In this document: positions 45,885 through 55,643 of the stretch, one piece after another | Position numbering within the stretch: position 1 is the first letter of the stretch | Layout of the letters: each line of letters starts with the position of its first letter | NCBI GenBank assembly: GCA_963843335.1 | Contig: CAWJKF010000006.1 | Coordinates: 164,042 to 228,041 of the forward strand | DNA length: 64,000 nt | Direction of reading: 5' to 3' | From: an uncultured Chloroflexia bacterium | GTDB taxonomy: Bacteria > Chloroflexota > Limnocylindria > Limnocylindrales > CSP1-4 | Made by a program: the position numbers and the translations under genes | The notes under the pieces: generated by a model | Seen by the model: only the letters and a program-made list of their open reading frames with translations | What the model was told of the DNA's origin: nothing | Database searches by the model: none

Positions 45885-46051
45885 CAATGTCGGCTGGCAC
45901 TGCCTGGCACGGGGACGACCCACCGGAGCGGCGTGTCGGACTTCCGCTGCTCCAGGCTCGCGGCTGGCGAGGGATTTGGAGGAGGAAGCTTGGCGACTGC
46001 GCGCACACGCGCCGATCTCGATCCGGTTGCAACCGATATGGGAGCGATGTC

Positions 46052-47104
46052 ATGAGTGATCGCGGATCCAGGACCCTATCCACCCGCCAACGGCGCAGCG
46101 CGCCGATCGTGGCGGCCATCGCATTGGCTGCGGCAGCCATCGTGCCCAGCGCCGGGCCGGCCGTCGCCCAGAGCCCGGCACCCGTGGCGGGGCAGTTCTG
46201 CAAGGGCATGAACATCACGTTCTTCCCGGGCGGGACGCCAGGCGGGGGCTTCGAGACGGTCGTCTACAACGGCGCGAAGGCGGCCGAGGCCGCATTCGGC
46301 CCCACGGTCAGCTACCAATGGTCGGACTGGGACCCGAGCAAGATGATCACCCAGTTCAGCGAGGCCGTGGCCACCAAGCCGGATGGCATCGCGGTCATGG
46401 GTCATCCGGGGGACGATGCGTTCGATCCGCTCATCGACGACGCGGAGAGCCAGGGGATCCTGGTGACCGTGATGAACACGGAGCTGGCCAAGGCCGAGGC
46501 GAAGTACGCCAGCAAGGGCACCGGCTACGTGGGCGCTGTCCTGCACGATGCGGGCGCCGCCCTTGCGACCGAGACGATGGCGCGCGGTGGTCTCAAGTCC
46601 GGCGACAAGGTCTTCGTGTGGGGCCTCAAGAGCCAGCCGGGCCGCGGTGAGCGGACGCTGGGCATCACCGACACACTCGAGGCGGCAGGTATCAACGTGG
46701 TGTACCTCGACATCGACGACGCCACGAATGCCGATCCCGCGGCGGGCGTGCCGACCTTCACCGGGATGGCCTCAGCGAACCCTGACCTCAAGGCCATCAT
46801 CATCGACCACGGCAACCTGACATCCACCATCCCGACGTACATGAAGGCGGCCGGCCTCGCGCCCGACAGCCTCTATGCGGCCGGCTTCGACCTGTCACCC
46901 GCGACGGTGCAGGGCGTCAAGGACGGCTACATCGACCTGGTCATCGACCAGCAGCAGTTCCTGCAGGGCTTCGAAGCCATCGCACAGCTCTGCCTGAGCC
47001 ACGAGTTCGGCTTCAGTGGCCTGTTCATCAACACCGGTGGCGGATTCGTCGACGCGTCCAACATCGACGTCATCGCACCCCTCGTCGAGCAGCAGATCCG
47101 GTAG
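46052..47104 (+). CDS. Monosaccharide ABC transporter substrate-binding protein (CUT2, RbsB-like fold)
   Basis: Signal peptide; KPDGIAVM, R..G, GFDLS, IDQQQFLQG. Confidence 0.88.
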   Translation: MSDRGSRTLSTRQRRSAPIVAAIALAAAAIVPSAGPAVAQSPAPVAGQFCKGMNITFFPGGTPGGGFETVVYNGAKAAEAAFGPTVSYQWSDWDPSKMITQFSEAVATKPDGIAVMGHPGDDAFDPLIDDAESQGILVTVMNTELAKAEAKYASKGTGYVGAVLHDAGAALATETMARGGLKSGDKVFVWGLKSQPGRGERTLGITDTLEAAGINVVYLDIDDATNADPAAGVPTFTGMASANPDLKAIIIDHGNLTSTIPTYMKAAGLAPDSLYAAGFDLSPATVQGVKDGYIDLVIDQQQFLQGFEAIAQLCLSHEFGFSGLFINTGGGFVDASNIDVIAPLVEQQIR

Positions 47105-47132
47105 CCGTCGGATCCACGTTCGACGCGATATC

Positions 47133-47165
47133 ACGGCCGGCGCGGGATGGACCTGCGCCGGCCGT
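47133..47165 (+). terminator. Stem-loop after the SBP gene (mRNA stabiliser or partial terminator)
   Basis: ACGGCCGGCGC/GCGCCGGCCGT stem. Confidence 0.5.
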
Positions 47166-47181
47166 TCACGGAGGTCCTCGC

Positions 47182-48048
47182 GTGACGACGACCCAGGGCG
47201 AGACGAGCGCCGTCGCACCGTCACCTCCGGATGTCCCGCGGCTCGAGCTGCGGGGGGTGTACAAGTCGTTCGGCGGCGTCCAGGTGCTCCAGGGGGTCGA
47301 CCTCCGCCTTGGGGCCGGCGAGGTCGTCGGACTGCTGGGCGACAACGGGGCGGGGAAGTCCACGCTCATCAAGATCATCACCGGCGTCCATCAGCCGGAC
47401 CGCGGGCAGATCCGGTTCCGCGGGCAGGAGGTGGCCGGCCTCACGGTCCAGCGTGCCCGCGACCTCGGTGTCGAGACCGTGTTCCAGGAGCGGGCGCTGG
47501 CCGAGCAGCTGCCCTTGTGGCGCAACATCTTCATGGGCCGCGCCCTGTCGGGGCGGTTCGGCCTGCTCAAGGTCGGCGAGATGCGGCGCATCACGGAAGA
47601 GCTGATGCAGCACTCGATGGGCTTCACGTCCGCGGTGCTGACCGCCGATACCCCGGTCACCGGCCTGTCAGGCGGGGAGCGTCAGGGCCTGGCCATCGTC
47701 CGGGCGCTCCTGTTCGAGGCGGAGATCATCATCCTCGACGAGCCGACCATGGGCCTGTCCCTCAAGGAGACGGAGAAGCTGCTCACGTTCGTGCGTGGCA
47801 TCCGCGAGGCGGGCAAGTCGGCCATCTTCATCGACCACAACATCTTCCACGTCTACTCTGTCGCGGACCGCATCGTGGTCATCGACCGGGGTCGCGTCGC
47901 AGGAGACTTCCCGACCGCCCGGTACACGCTCAACGAGCTCATGGACATCATGCGCGAGGTGGCCGCGGTCGGCAGCTACACGGAGCAGGATCGCTACCGC
48001 GAAGGTGCCCCGGCGACCGGCTCAGGGGACGCCGAGGTGGAGGCGTGA
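47182..48048 (+). CDS. Sugar ABC transporter ATP-binding protein
   Basis: GDNGAGKS, LSGGERQ, ILDEPT, H-loop DHN. Confidence 0.93.
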   Translation: MTTTQGETSAVAPSPPDVPRLELRGVYKSFGGVQVLQGVDLRLGAGEVVGLLGDNGAGKSTLIKIITGVHQPDRGQIRFRGQEVAGLTVQRARDLGVETVFQERALAEQLPLWRNIFMGRALSGRFGLLKVGEMRRITEELMQHSMGFTSAVLTADTPVTGLSGGERQGLAIVRALLFEAEIIILDEPTMGLSLKETEKLLTFVRGIREAGKSAIFIDHNIFHVYSVADRIVVIDRGRVAGDFPTARYTLNELMDIMREVAAVGSYTEQDRYREGAPATGSGDAEVEA

Positions 48049-49046
48049 GCGCCGCGTCGGCCCCGATGCGGTCCTCGCCGCGGAGCGCCCTGGCGGCGTT
48101 CGCGACGCGCTGGTCCTCGCAGATCGGTATCACCGCAGCGTTCCTGCTGCTGTGGCTGGTGTTCATCATCGCGGCGCCCGCGACGTTCATGTCCGACCGG
48201 ATCTACCTCTCGTTCGCGCAGACGACGCCGTACTTCGCGATCGTGGCCATGCCCCTCACGATGGTCATCATCGCGGGCGACATCGACCTCTCGTTCCCGT
48301 CGATCATGGCCCTGGGCATGGTGGGCTTCGTCTGGACCTGGGACGCCACCGACAACGTCGCGTTGGCGATCCTCGCGTCGCTCGCTGTCGGGATGCTGGC
48401 CGGGGCGTTCAACGGCCTCATCGTGACGGTCGTGGGTATCCCGTCCCTCGTCGTGACCATCGGCACGCAGTTCCTCTACCGGGGCCTGGCCCTCGTCCTG
48501 GTCGCCGGCAAGAGCACGGCCCTGGTCGCAACGTCGGACTCGTCCGCGTACGACCTGATGGTCGGCAAGGTGCTCAACATCCCGATGGAGTTCTATTGGT
48601 TGGTGATGGTCACGATCGCTGCCTGGGTGCTGCTGAACCGCCACCGCCTGGGCCAGAACGCGTATGTCATCGGGGACAACCGCCAGGCGGCCAAGCTCAT
48701 GGGCGTACCCATCAGCCGGACCCGGATCGCACTGTTCATCCTCACGGGGTGCGCCGCCGCGCTCGCGGGGCTGCTGAACAGCCTGCAGGTGGTCAACTTC
48801 TACCCGAGCATGGGTGCTGGGTACCTGCTGCCCACCCTGGCGGCGGTCTTCGTCGGCGGGACCTCGGTCTTCGGCGGGCGGGGCAGCATCTGGGGCACCT
48901 TCATCGGCGCGTTCATGATCGGGGGCATCACGGCAGGCATCGTCGCGATCGGCCTGACCGACTTCTACACCAACCTGGTCTACGGGGCGGTCATCCTCAT
49001 CTCGGTCTCGATCCACGCCGTGCTGCAGCGTCGGTTCGAGCGCTGA
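48045..49046 (+). CDS. Sugar ABC transporter permease (RbsC-like)
   Basis: GDIDLS, IPSLVVTIG, IG.N..AA.L.G, AAVFVGGTS..GG.G. Confidence 0.92.
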   Translation: MSAASAPMRSSPRSALAAFATRWSSQIGITAAFLLLWLVFIIAAPATFMSDRIYLSFAQTTPYFAIVAMPLTMVIIAGDIDLSFPSIMALGMVGFVWTWDATDNVALAILASLAVGMLAGAFNGLIVTVVGIPSLVVTIGTQFLYRGLALVLVAGKSTALVATSDSSAYDLMVGKVLNIPMEFYWLVMVTIAAWVLLNRHRLGQNAYVIGDNRQAAKLMGVPISRTRIALFILTGCAAALAGLLNSLQVVNFYPSMGAGYLLPTLAAVFVGGTSVFGGRGSIWGTFIGAFMIGGITAGIVAIGLTDFYTNLVYGAVILISVSIHAVLQRRFER

Positions 49047-49100
49047 GCGACCGGCTGGAGCCCCCGGCAGTGCGCGCCCTCCGCGAGGAGCCGTCGCGGG

Positions 49101-50138
49101 TCAGTCGACCGGGCGGCCGGTCGACTCGCGGACCACGAGCGACGGGACGAGCAAGGGGTGTACCGGGTGTACCGGGTCTGCGTCGTCCGGCGCGTCGAAT
49201 ACCAGACGCAGTGCCTCGGCGACCATCTCGCGGACCGGCATCCGGACCGTGGTCAAGGCCGGGATGGACGCGGACGCGAACGGGATGTCGTCGAAGCCCG
49301 TGACGGAGATGTCCTCGGGCACCCGCACGCCCCGTTCGTAGGCGCGATGGAGCGCCCCCAGTGCCTGCACATCGGTGGAGGCGACGACGGCTGTCGGCCG
49401 TCGGGGCCGGTCGAGCAGGCGGCCGAGCGCGTCCGCGCCGCCGTCGAGGTCATTGGAGGCGTACTCGATGCTGGCATCCTCGGCATGGCCGGCCATGAAC
49501 TGCCGGAAGGCGTCCTCCCGATCCTGGATGTCGCCCAGCCGCCGTCCGCCGATGAAGGCGATACGCCGATGCCCGAGCCCGGCCAGATGCTCCAGGACCG
49601 CGACCGTCCCGGCCCGGTTGTCGACGTCCACCGACCGGATGTCGTTCGTGCGGGACCCCTGCCAGAGCGCCACGAGGGGGACGCTGGTGCCCCGGAGGTC
49701 CTCGATCACGCGTGGCTGGTCGCGCATGTCGCCGAGCAGGACGATCGCGTCGCAGTGACGTGCCTCGAGCACACCCCAGAGTGCGATGGCCTCGTTCGCC
49801 CGGCCGTGGGCATGGCCCAGGACGACGTTGTAGCCACGCTGGCTGGCCTCGATGGAGACGGCCTCGATGGCGCCCGCGAAGAATGGGTCCGTGATCTCCC
49901 GGACGATGACGCCCAGGAGCATCGTGCGTGCCCCGCGCAGGCCGCGCGCCAGCGGGTTCGGCCGGTAGCCCAGGCGATGCGCGGCCTCGATGACCCGTTC
50001 CCGAGTCTCGGGGGCGATCTGGACCGCCGTCGTGGCACCCGTCAGGACGCGGGAGACGGTGCTCTGGGAGACGCCCGTGGCGCGCGCGACATCGCGCATC
50101 GTGACGACCCCCGTGCGGCGTCCGGATCCGCTGACCAT
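49101..50138 (-). CDS. LacI-family transcriptional regulator
   Basis: TMRDVARATGVSQSTVSRVL, LGYRPN..AR.L, VPEDISVTGFDD, LVVRES. Confidence 0.95.
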   Translation of the reverse strand: MVSGSGRRTGVVTMRDVARATGVSQSTVSRVLTGATTAVQIAPETRERVIEAAHRLGYRPNPLARGLRGARTMLLGVIVREITDPFFAGAIEAVSIEASQRGYNVVLGHAHGRANEAIALWGVLEARHCDAIVLLGDMRDQPRVIEDLRGTSVPLVALWQGSRTNDIRSVDVDNRAGTVAVLEHLAGLGHRRIAFIGGRRLGDIQDREDAFRQFMAGHAEDASIEYASNDLDGGADALGRLLDRPRRPTAVVASTDVQALGALHRAYERGVRVPEDISVTGFDDIPFASASIPALTTVRMPVREMVAEALRLVFDAPDDADPVHPVHPLLVPSLVVRESTGRPVD

Positions 50139-50370
50139 CAGCCCTTCACCGCCCCGGACATGGAGCCGCACACGTTAGCAGCGCCGCAGCAGCAGGAACC
50201 CGATGCGGAGGACACCGCGCTCGGCCGCCTGTGCGGCAGCAGAGCGCATCGGAACGCCGGGACGGTCCCGCGACCCACAACCAAACCTGGATCCTCCAAC
50301 TCCCAGGGCACCGACTCGAACGAGACAGGCATCATGCGGGTTGCGCGCAGTCTACGCTAGGACCGGCGAG

Positions 50371-50398
50371 GGCATACGACTGCCTGCATAGGATTGCA
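50371..50398. promoter_or_regulatory. Tandem LacI-type operators between lacI and the GH127 gene
   Basis: GGCATACGACTGCC + TGCATAGGATTGCA (minus strand TGCAATCCTATGCA GGCAGTCGTATGCC). Confidence 0.7.
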
Positions 50399-50503
50399 TA
50401 CATCCGTTAGGATCCACTGTGGCGTCCCGCATCTGGGACACGCGGCCGGGCATCCGAGCCTCGCGGCCGCATCGCGCGACAGATGCCGTTGGAGAGGATG
50501 GGC

Positions 50504-52453
50504 ATGGGCAGCCGGACACTCGTGGCACCGACGGCCGGGCTGGCGCGGCTCGTACCCATCGATGGCGGCGGCCTGCGGATCACGGGCGGACTGTGGGCCG
50601 GTCGCCAGTCGGTCATCCGGCAGCACTCCCTCCCCCATGGCCACCGCCAGCTGGAGGCGTCCGGTGCCCTCGGCAACTTCCGGAACGCGGCGCGCGGTAC
50701 CGGCCTCTACGTGGGCGGATCGGATGACGCCGGGACGACGTTCCCGTTCCTCGACTCTGACGTCTACAAGTGGCTGGAAGCGGTCGGCTGGGAACTCGGC
50801 CGCGAGGCAGACCCAGCCCTGGCGGCCGATGCCGACGCGGTCATCGCCGCGGTGACCGCCGCTCAGCGACCGGATGGCTACCTCAACACCTACGTGCAGC
50901 TGTCGGGCCGTCGAGCGTGGTCCGATCTCCAGTGGGGTCACGAGCTGTATTGCGTCGGACACCTGGTCCAGGCAGCGGTCGCCTGGCATCGGGCGCTCGA
51001 CGACGACCGGTTGCTGGCCGTCGCCGAGCGCGCCGTCGGGGTCATCGACGGGGTCCTCGGGCCGGGTGGCAGCATCGATGGGGTGGATGGCCATCCGGAG
51101 CTTGAGATGGCCCTCGTCGAGCTGTACCGGGTGACCGGCCGTGATGGATACCTGGCGCTCGCGCGCCATCTCATCGAGCGCCGCGGTCACGGGCTGCTGG
51201 GCCCGGGTCGGTTCGGCGCCGACTATTGGCAGGACCGCCTGCCGGTGCGCTCCGCGCCGACGGTGACCGGGCACGCCGTGCGCCAGATGTACCTCGATGC
51301 CGGCGCGGTCGACGTCGCGGTCGAGACGGACGACTCGGAGCTGCTGGCCGCCGTCGTGCGTCGCTGGGACGAGATGCGAGCCACCCGCAGCTATCTCACC
51401 GGGGGCATCGGGTCACATCACCGCGACGAAGCCTTCGGGGCACCCTTCGAGCTGCCCCCCGAGCGTGCGTACACCGAGACGTGCGCGGCCATCGGGCTCG
51501 TGATGCTCGCCTGGCGACTGCTGCTCGCGACGGGCGAGGAGCGCTTCGCGGATGTCATCGACCGGCAGCTCCTCAACGCGGTGCTCTCGGGCCTCGCCAT
51601 CGATGGCCTCGGCTTCGCGTATGTCAACCCGCTCCAGCGGCGGACGTCGACGGTGGCGCGACCGAGGCCGCGGCAGCCGTGGCACCCGTGCGCCTGCTGC
51701 CCGCCCAACATCATGCGCACCGTCGCCAGCGTCGAGCAGCTGATCGCGACCGCGACCGGCGACGGGCTGCGTCTCCACCAGTACGCCACGGGCACCATCG
51801 AGACGCGGCTGGGCGACGATCCAGTCGCGCTGCAGATCGTGACCGACTATCCCTGGGACGGTCGCGTCGAGGTCACCGTCACCGCGACCCCCTCGCGTCC
51901 ATGGACGCTGGGGCTCCGGGTGCCCGGCTGGTGCCATGAGACAAGCATCAGCGTCGGCGATGTGCGGCTCGCGGCGACGGTCGTCGACGGGCGGATCGAC
52001 CTGCCGCGAAGCTGGACCGTTGGTGAGCGGCTCGTCCTCGAGCTCGGGATGCCGGTGCGCTTCACGGTCCCGGACCCGCGCATCGACGCCATCCGCGGCT
52101 GCGTCGCCATCGAACGGGGTCCGCTGGTCTACTGTCTCGAGGCCGCCGACCTCCCGGAGGACGTGACCCTGGAGGATGTGACCCTTGACCTTGCGCGGCC
52201 GCCGCGGCTGGAGCCGGGTCGTGACGCGCAGCTCGGCACGCGGGCGATCAGCGTCGGTCTCGTCCATCACCCGCGACCCGCGACCGCCTGGCCGTATCGG
52301 GATGAGGGCTCGCCGGCGGATGGAGCGACGGGATCGATCGGAGCGCCGCTCGAGGTCCGCTTGCACCCTTACCAGGTGTGGTCGAACCGGACGGATGGCG
52401 CGATGCGGGTCTGGATCCCCGTGGAGACCAGCGCGGGGTCCGGCCGGTCATGA
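50504..52453 (+). CDS. GH127 beta-L-arabinofuranosidase (HypBA1-like)
   Basis: FLDSDVYKWLEA, HELYC.GHL, GHPELE.AL, GHAVR..Y, YTETCA, CACCPPN, RGPLVYCLE. Confidence 0.92.
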   Translation: MGSRTLVAPTAGLARLVPIDGGGLRITGGLWAGRQSVIRQHSLPHGHRQLEASGALGNFRNAARGTGLYVGGSDDAGTTFPFLDSDVYKWLEAVGWELGREADPALAADADAVIAAVTAAQRPDGYLNTYVQLSGRRAWSDLQWGHELYCVGHLVQAAVAWHRALDDDRLLAVAERAVGVIDGVLGPGGSIDGVDGHPELEMALVELYRVTGRDGYLALARHLIERRGHGLLGPGRFGADYWQDRLPVRSAPTVTGHAVRQMYLDAGAVDVAVETDDSELLAAVVRRWDEMRATRSYLTGGIGSHHRDEAFGAPFELPPERAYTETCAAIGLVMLAWRLLLATGEERFADVIDRQLLNAVLSGLAIDGLGFAYVNPLQRRTSTVARPRPRQPWHPCACCPPNIMRTVASVEQLIATATGDGLRLHQYATGTIETRLGDDPVALQIVTDYPWDGRVEVTVTATPSRPWTLGLRVPGWCHETSISVGDVRLAATVVDGRIDLPRSWTVGERLVLELGMPVRFTVPDPRIDAIRGCVAIERGPLVYCLEAADLPEDVTLEDVTLDLARPPRLEPGRDAQLGTRAISVGLVHHPRPATAWPYRDEGSPADGATGSIGAPLEVRLHPYQVWSNRTDGAMRVWIPVETSAGSGRS

Positions 52454-52534
52454 GCGACACGTGGGTGGACGCCCGTGAGCTCCCAGGCGAGCGTGCATCC
52501 CATCGTCCATCGGGGCCTGTATCGATCGCGAGAT

Positions 52535-52567
52535 CGCAATCCTATCCCTGCAAACGTATGCTATCGT
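52535..52567 (+). promoter_or_regulatory. Tandem LacI-type operators and extended -10 upstream of the GH51 gene
   Basis: CGCAATCCTATCCC + TGCAAACGTATGCT; TGcTATCGT. Confidence 0.65.
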
Positions 52568-52598
52568 CCGATGGCATGAGGCGCGGGGAGAGGCAGCC

Positions 52599-54083
52599 AT
52601 GACGGACCAGACGATATCCATCGACCTCGAGCGGGTCATCGGGTCCATCGATCGCGGCATCTTCGGCGGATTCCTCGAGCATCTCGGCCGGTGCATCTAC
52701 GGCGGCGTGTTCGAACCAGGCTCCCCCAAGGCGGATGAGCTCGGCGTCCGGACGGACGTGCTGGAGGCCCTGCGCGGACTCCGGCTTGCGAACATCCGAT
52801 ACCCCGGCGGCAACTTCGTGTCCGGCTACCGTTGGCGGGATGGTGTCGGCCCGGCGGAGGACCGGCCGACGCGACTCGACCTGGCGTGGCGCGGCGTCGA
52901 CACCAATCGGTTCGGCACCGACGAGTTCCTCGCGTATTGCCGGCGCCTGGACACCGAGCCGTACATGGTGGTCAACTGCGGGGACGGCGACCTGCGCGAG
53001 GCGCGCGATTGGGTGGAGTACTGCAACGGCACCTCCCCCACGGAGCCGGTTCGCCTGCGCACCCGGAACGGTCATGCGGAGCCATATGGCGTGCGCCTCT
53101 GGGGCATCGGCAACGAAGTCGACGGCCCGTGGCAGATCGGCTACAAGGAGCCGGACGAGTACGCGCGGGCCTACCACGAGATGGCCAAGGTGATGCGTTG
53201 GGTTGACCCGACCATCCAGCTCATCGCGTCCGGGACGTCATCGTGGGACGACTCGTTCGTGGAGCGCGCCCAGCTGCTCGTCGAGCAGGCGGGCGACTTC
53301 ATCGACTACATGTCCATCCACTGGTACGTCGGCGACCGGGATGGTGACCTGGCCGCATACCTGGCGACCTCGGAGCTCATCGAGGACCGACTCGCGGCGT
53401 ACGAGGGCCTCATGCGGGCGCTGGCGCTCCAGCAGCATCGGCCCAAGGGACCCATCCCGCTCGCGGTGGACGAGTGGAACGTGTGGTATCGCGCCACGCC
53501 TGACGCCTCGTCCCCCGAGTTCAATGGGCTGGAGGAGACCTACGATCTGGCCGACGCACTGGTGGTGGCGTTGCATCTCAACGCGTTCATCCGCCACTGC
53601 CGAACGGTGCGCATGGCCAACCTGGCGCAGCTCGTCAACGTCATCGCGCCGATGGTCACCACGCCGGACGACCTCCTGCTCCAGACGACGTACTTCCCGT
53701 TCGAGCTGTACAGCACGACCGCGGGGTCGACCGCCATCGACGCATGGGTGTCGAGCGACACGTTCATTGGCGGTCAGCACCCGGGGGTGCCCTACCTCGA
53801 CGTGTCCGCGACGCTCGATGCGGGCACCAGGGCTGTCTCCGTGTTCGTCGTCAATCGGCGACTCGACGGCCCATCGGAGGTCGAGCTCCGCTTGGCCGGC
53901 GGGCGCTTCCCCGCTCAGGTCGAGATTCGCACCATCACCGGACCAGAGCCACGGGCGACGAACAGCTGGCAGGACCGTTCGCGGGTCGCCACGCAGCTGA
54001 CGAAGCTCAAGACCGACAGTGGTCCGAGCCTCACCCACACGCTGGAACCGCATTCCGTCACCGGATTCCGGTTCACGGTCTGA
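52599..54083 (+). CDS. abfA: GH51 alpha-L-arabinofuranosidase
   Basis: FLEHLGRCIYGG, RYPGGNFVS, WVEYCN, GNE (acid/base), DEWNVWY (nucleophile), NLAQLVNVI. Confidence 0.95.
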   Translation: MTDQTISIDLERVIGSIDRGIFGGFLEHLGRCIYGGVFEPGSPKADELGVRTDVLEALRGLRLANIRYPGGNFVSGYRWRDGVGPAEDRPTRLDLAWRGVDTNRFGTDEFLAYCRRLDTEPYMVVNCGDGDLREARDWVEYCNGTSPTEPVRLRTRNGHAEPYGVRLWGIGNEVDGPWQIGYKEPDEYARAYHEMAKVMRWVDPTIQLIASGTSSWDDSFVERAQLLVEQAGDFIDYMSIHWYVGDRDGDLAAYLATSELIEDRLAAYEGLMRALALQQHRPKGPIPLAVDEWNVWYRATPDASSPEFNGLEETYDLADALVVALHLNAFIRHCRTVRMANLAQLVNVIAPMVTTPDDLLLQTTYFPFELYSTTAGSTAIDAWVSSDTFIGGQHPGVPYLDVSATLDAGTRAVSVFVVNRRLDGPSEVELRLAGGRFPAQVEIRTITGPEPRATNSWQDRSRVATQLTKLKTDSGPSLTHTLEPHSVTGFRFTV

Positions 54084-54188
54084 ACCAGGATCGGAAGGAG
54101 GGCCGCCCGCCATACGACGATAGGCGATCATCGACCGCTCCCGGAGCGGCGATCACACCAACGTTCGACCCTGTAGAGGAGGCACAGG

Positions 54189-55523
54189 ATGCTTCGATCG
54201 AAACGCGCCATCGCGGCGGCCATGGGCGCGCTGCTCCTGGCGGCGGTGGCGGTGGTCCCGGCGACCTCCGTCGCCCAGACGCCCACGGACCTGCATATGT
54301 GGACCTTCGTGGATCGCCACGGGGCATTCGAGGTCAAGCGGGCCGAGGCCTGGAACGCTGCCAACCCGGACCGACCCATCAACCTGACCTACGAGACCAT
54401 CGACTACAACACCATGCACGACAACCTGCTGGCCGCCTTCATGGCCGGCCAGGGTGCGCCGGACCTCGTCGACATCGAGATCGGCAAGTTCGCGCGATTC
54501 GTGAAGTCCGCGGATAACGTCCACCTGCTCGACCTGACGGATGTCGTCGCACCGTACGTGCCCGACCTCGTGGCGTCGCGCTTGGCGCCGTACCAGGCCT
54601 ACGGCAAGCAGCTCGGCATCGACTACCATCTCGGCGCCTATCTCATGTACTACAACAAGGCCCTGCTCGACCAGGCCGGTATCGACCCGGATACCATCAA
54701 GACGTGGGATGACTATGTCGCCGCGGGCAAGCAGTTCAAGGAGAAGTTCCCCGACAAGGCATGGACCGCCGTGGAATCTCGCTCCATCTTCTCCGGCTAC
54801 GGGCTGATGTACCAGAACGGCGGACACGTCTACGACGCGGACGGCAACCTGGTGCTCAACAGCCCGGAGAACGCCGAGGCGCTGCAGTTCATGTCGGACC
54901 TGGTCAACAAGGACAAGATCGCCATCGAGGCACCGGCTGGCGACATCAACTCCGCCGAGTTCCAGGCTGAGTTCCCGAATGGCAACATCGCGTCGATCTG
55001 GATGCCCCAGTGGTACATGACGCGGTTCCCGGACAACATGCCGTCCCTGTGCGGCAGCATGATCGTCCGGCCGATGCCTCTCTGGAAGGAAGGTGGCTTC
55101 ACGACGACCATGGGCGGCGGCACCGGCACGGCCGTCACCGACCAGACTGCACCAGAGAAGCAGCAGCTCGCCAAGGAGTTCCTCGCCTTCGCCAAGCTCA
55201 CGAACGAGGCTCAGAACACGGCCTGGAACGATCTCGGCTTCGACCCGTATCGCCCGGATGTGTACGACGAGCCCGCGCTGTCAGAGACCTCGACGCCGGA
55301 CGTCGCGGACTGGCCCTCGTCTCACCCCTGCTTCAACGGAGCGGTCACGTTCCAGCAGATCAAGGCTGAGCTGGGGAATGTGGCGCCCGAGTACACGGGC
55401 CCGCTGTATCCCGAGGCTCGGACCATCCTGTCCGAGCAGATCATGCCCTCCATCATCAACGAGGGCAAGCCGGCTGCGGATGCACTGGCGGAGGCCCAGT
55501 CGCTGACCGAGGCCCAGAAGTAG
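54189..55523 (+). CDS. Arabino-oligosaccharide ABC transporter substrate-binding protein (CUT1, AraN-like)
   Basis: Signal peptide; MHDNLL, GAPDLVDIEI.KF, MYYNK, MPQWY, MGGGTGTAVT. Confidence 0.88.
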   Translation: MLRSKRAIAAAMGALLLAAVAVVPATSVAQTPTDLHMWTFVDRHGAFEVKRAEAWNAANPDRPINLTYETIDYNTMHDNLLAAFMAGQGAPDLVDIEIGKFARFVKSADNVHLLDLTDVVAPYVPDLVASRLAPYQAYGKQLGIDYHLGAYLMYYNKALLDQAGIDPDTIKTWDDYVAAGKQFKEKFPDKAWTAVESRSIFSGYGLMYQNGGHVYDADGNLVLNSPENAEALQFMSDLVNKDKIAIEAPAGDINSAEFQAEFPNGNIASIWMPQWYMTRFPDNMPSLCGSMIVRPMPLWKEGGFTTTMGGGTGTAVTDQTAPEKQQLAKEFLAFAKLTNEAQNTAWNDLGFDPYRPDVYDEPALSETSTPDVADWPSSHPCFNGAVTFQQIKAELGNVAPEYTGPLYPEARTILSEQIMPSIINEGKPAADALAEAQSLTEAQK

Positions 55524-55530
55524 CTGTGGA

Positions 55531-55576
55531 GCCCGGGGTGGTGTGTCGGACGCTATGTCAGGCCATCACCCCGGGC
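55531..55576 (+). terminator. Stem-loop after the second SBP gene
   Basis: GCCCGGGGTG/CACCCCGGGC outer stem. Confidence 0.5.
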
Positions 55577-55643
55577 CGCACCGCGATGACAGACGGCAGC
55601 TTCACTGCCGTCTGTCCCCTCCCCCACCAGGGCTGACGAGACC

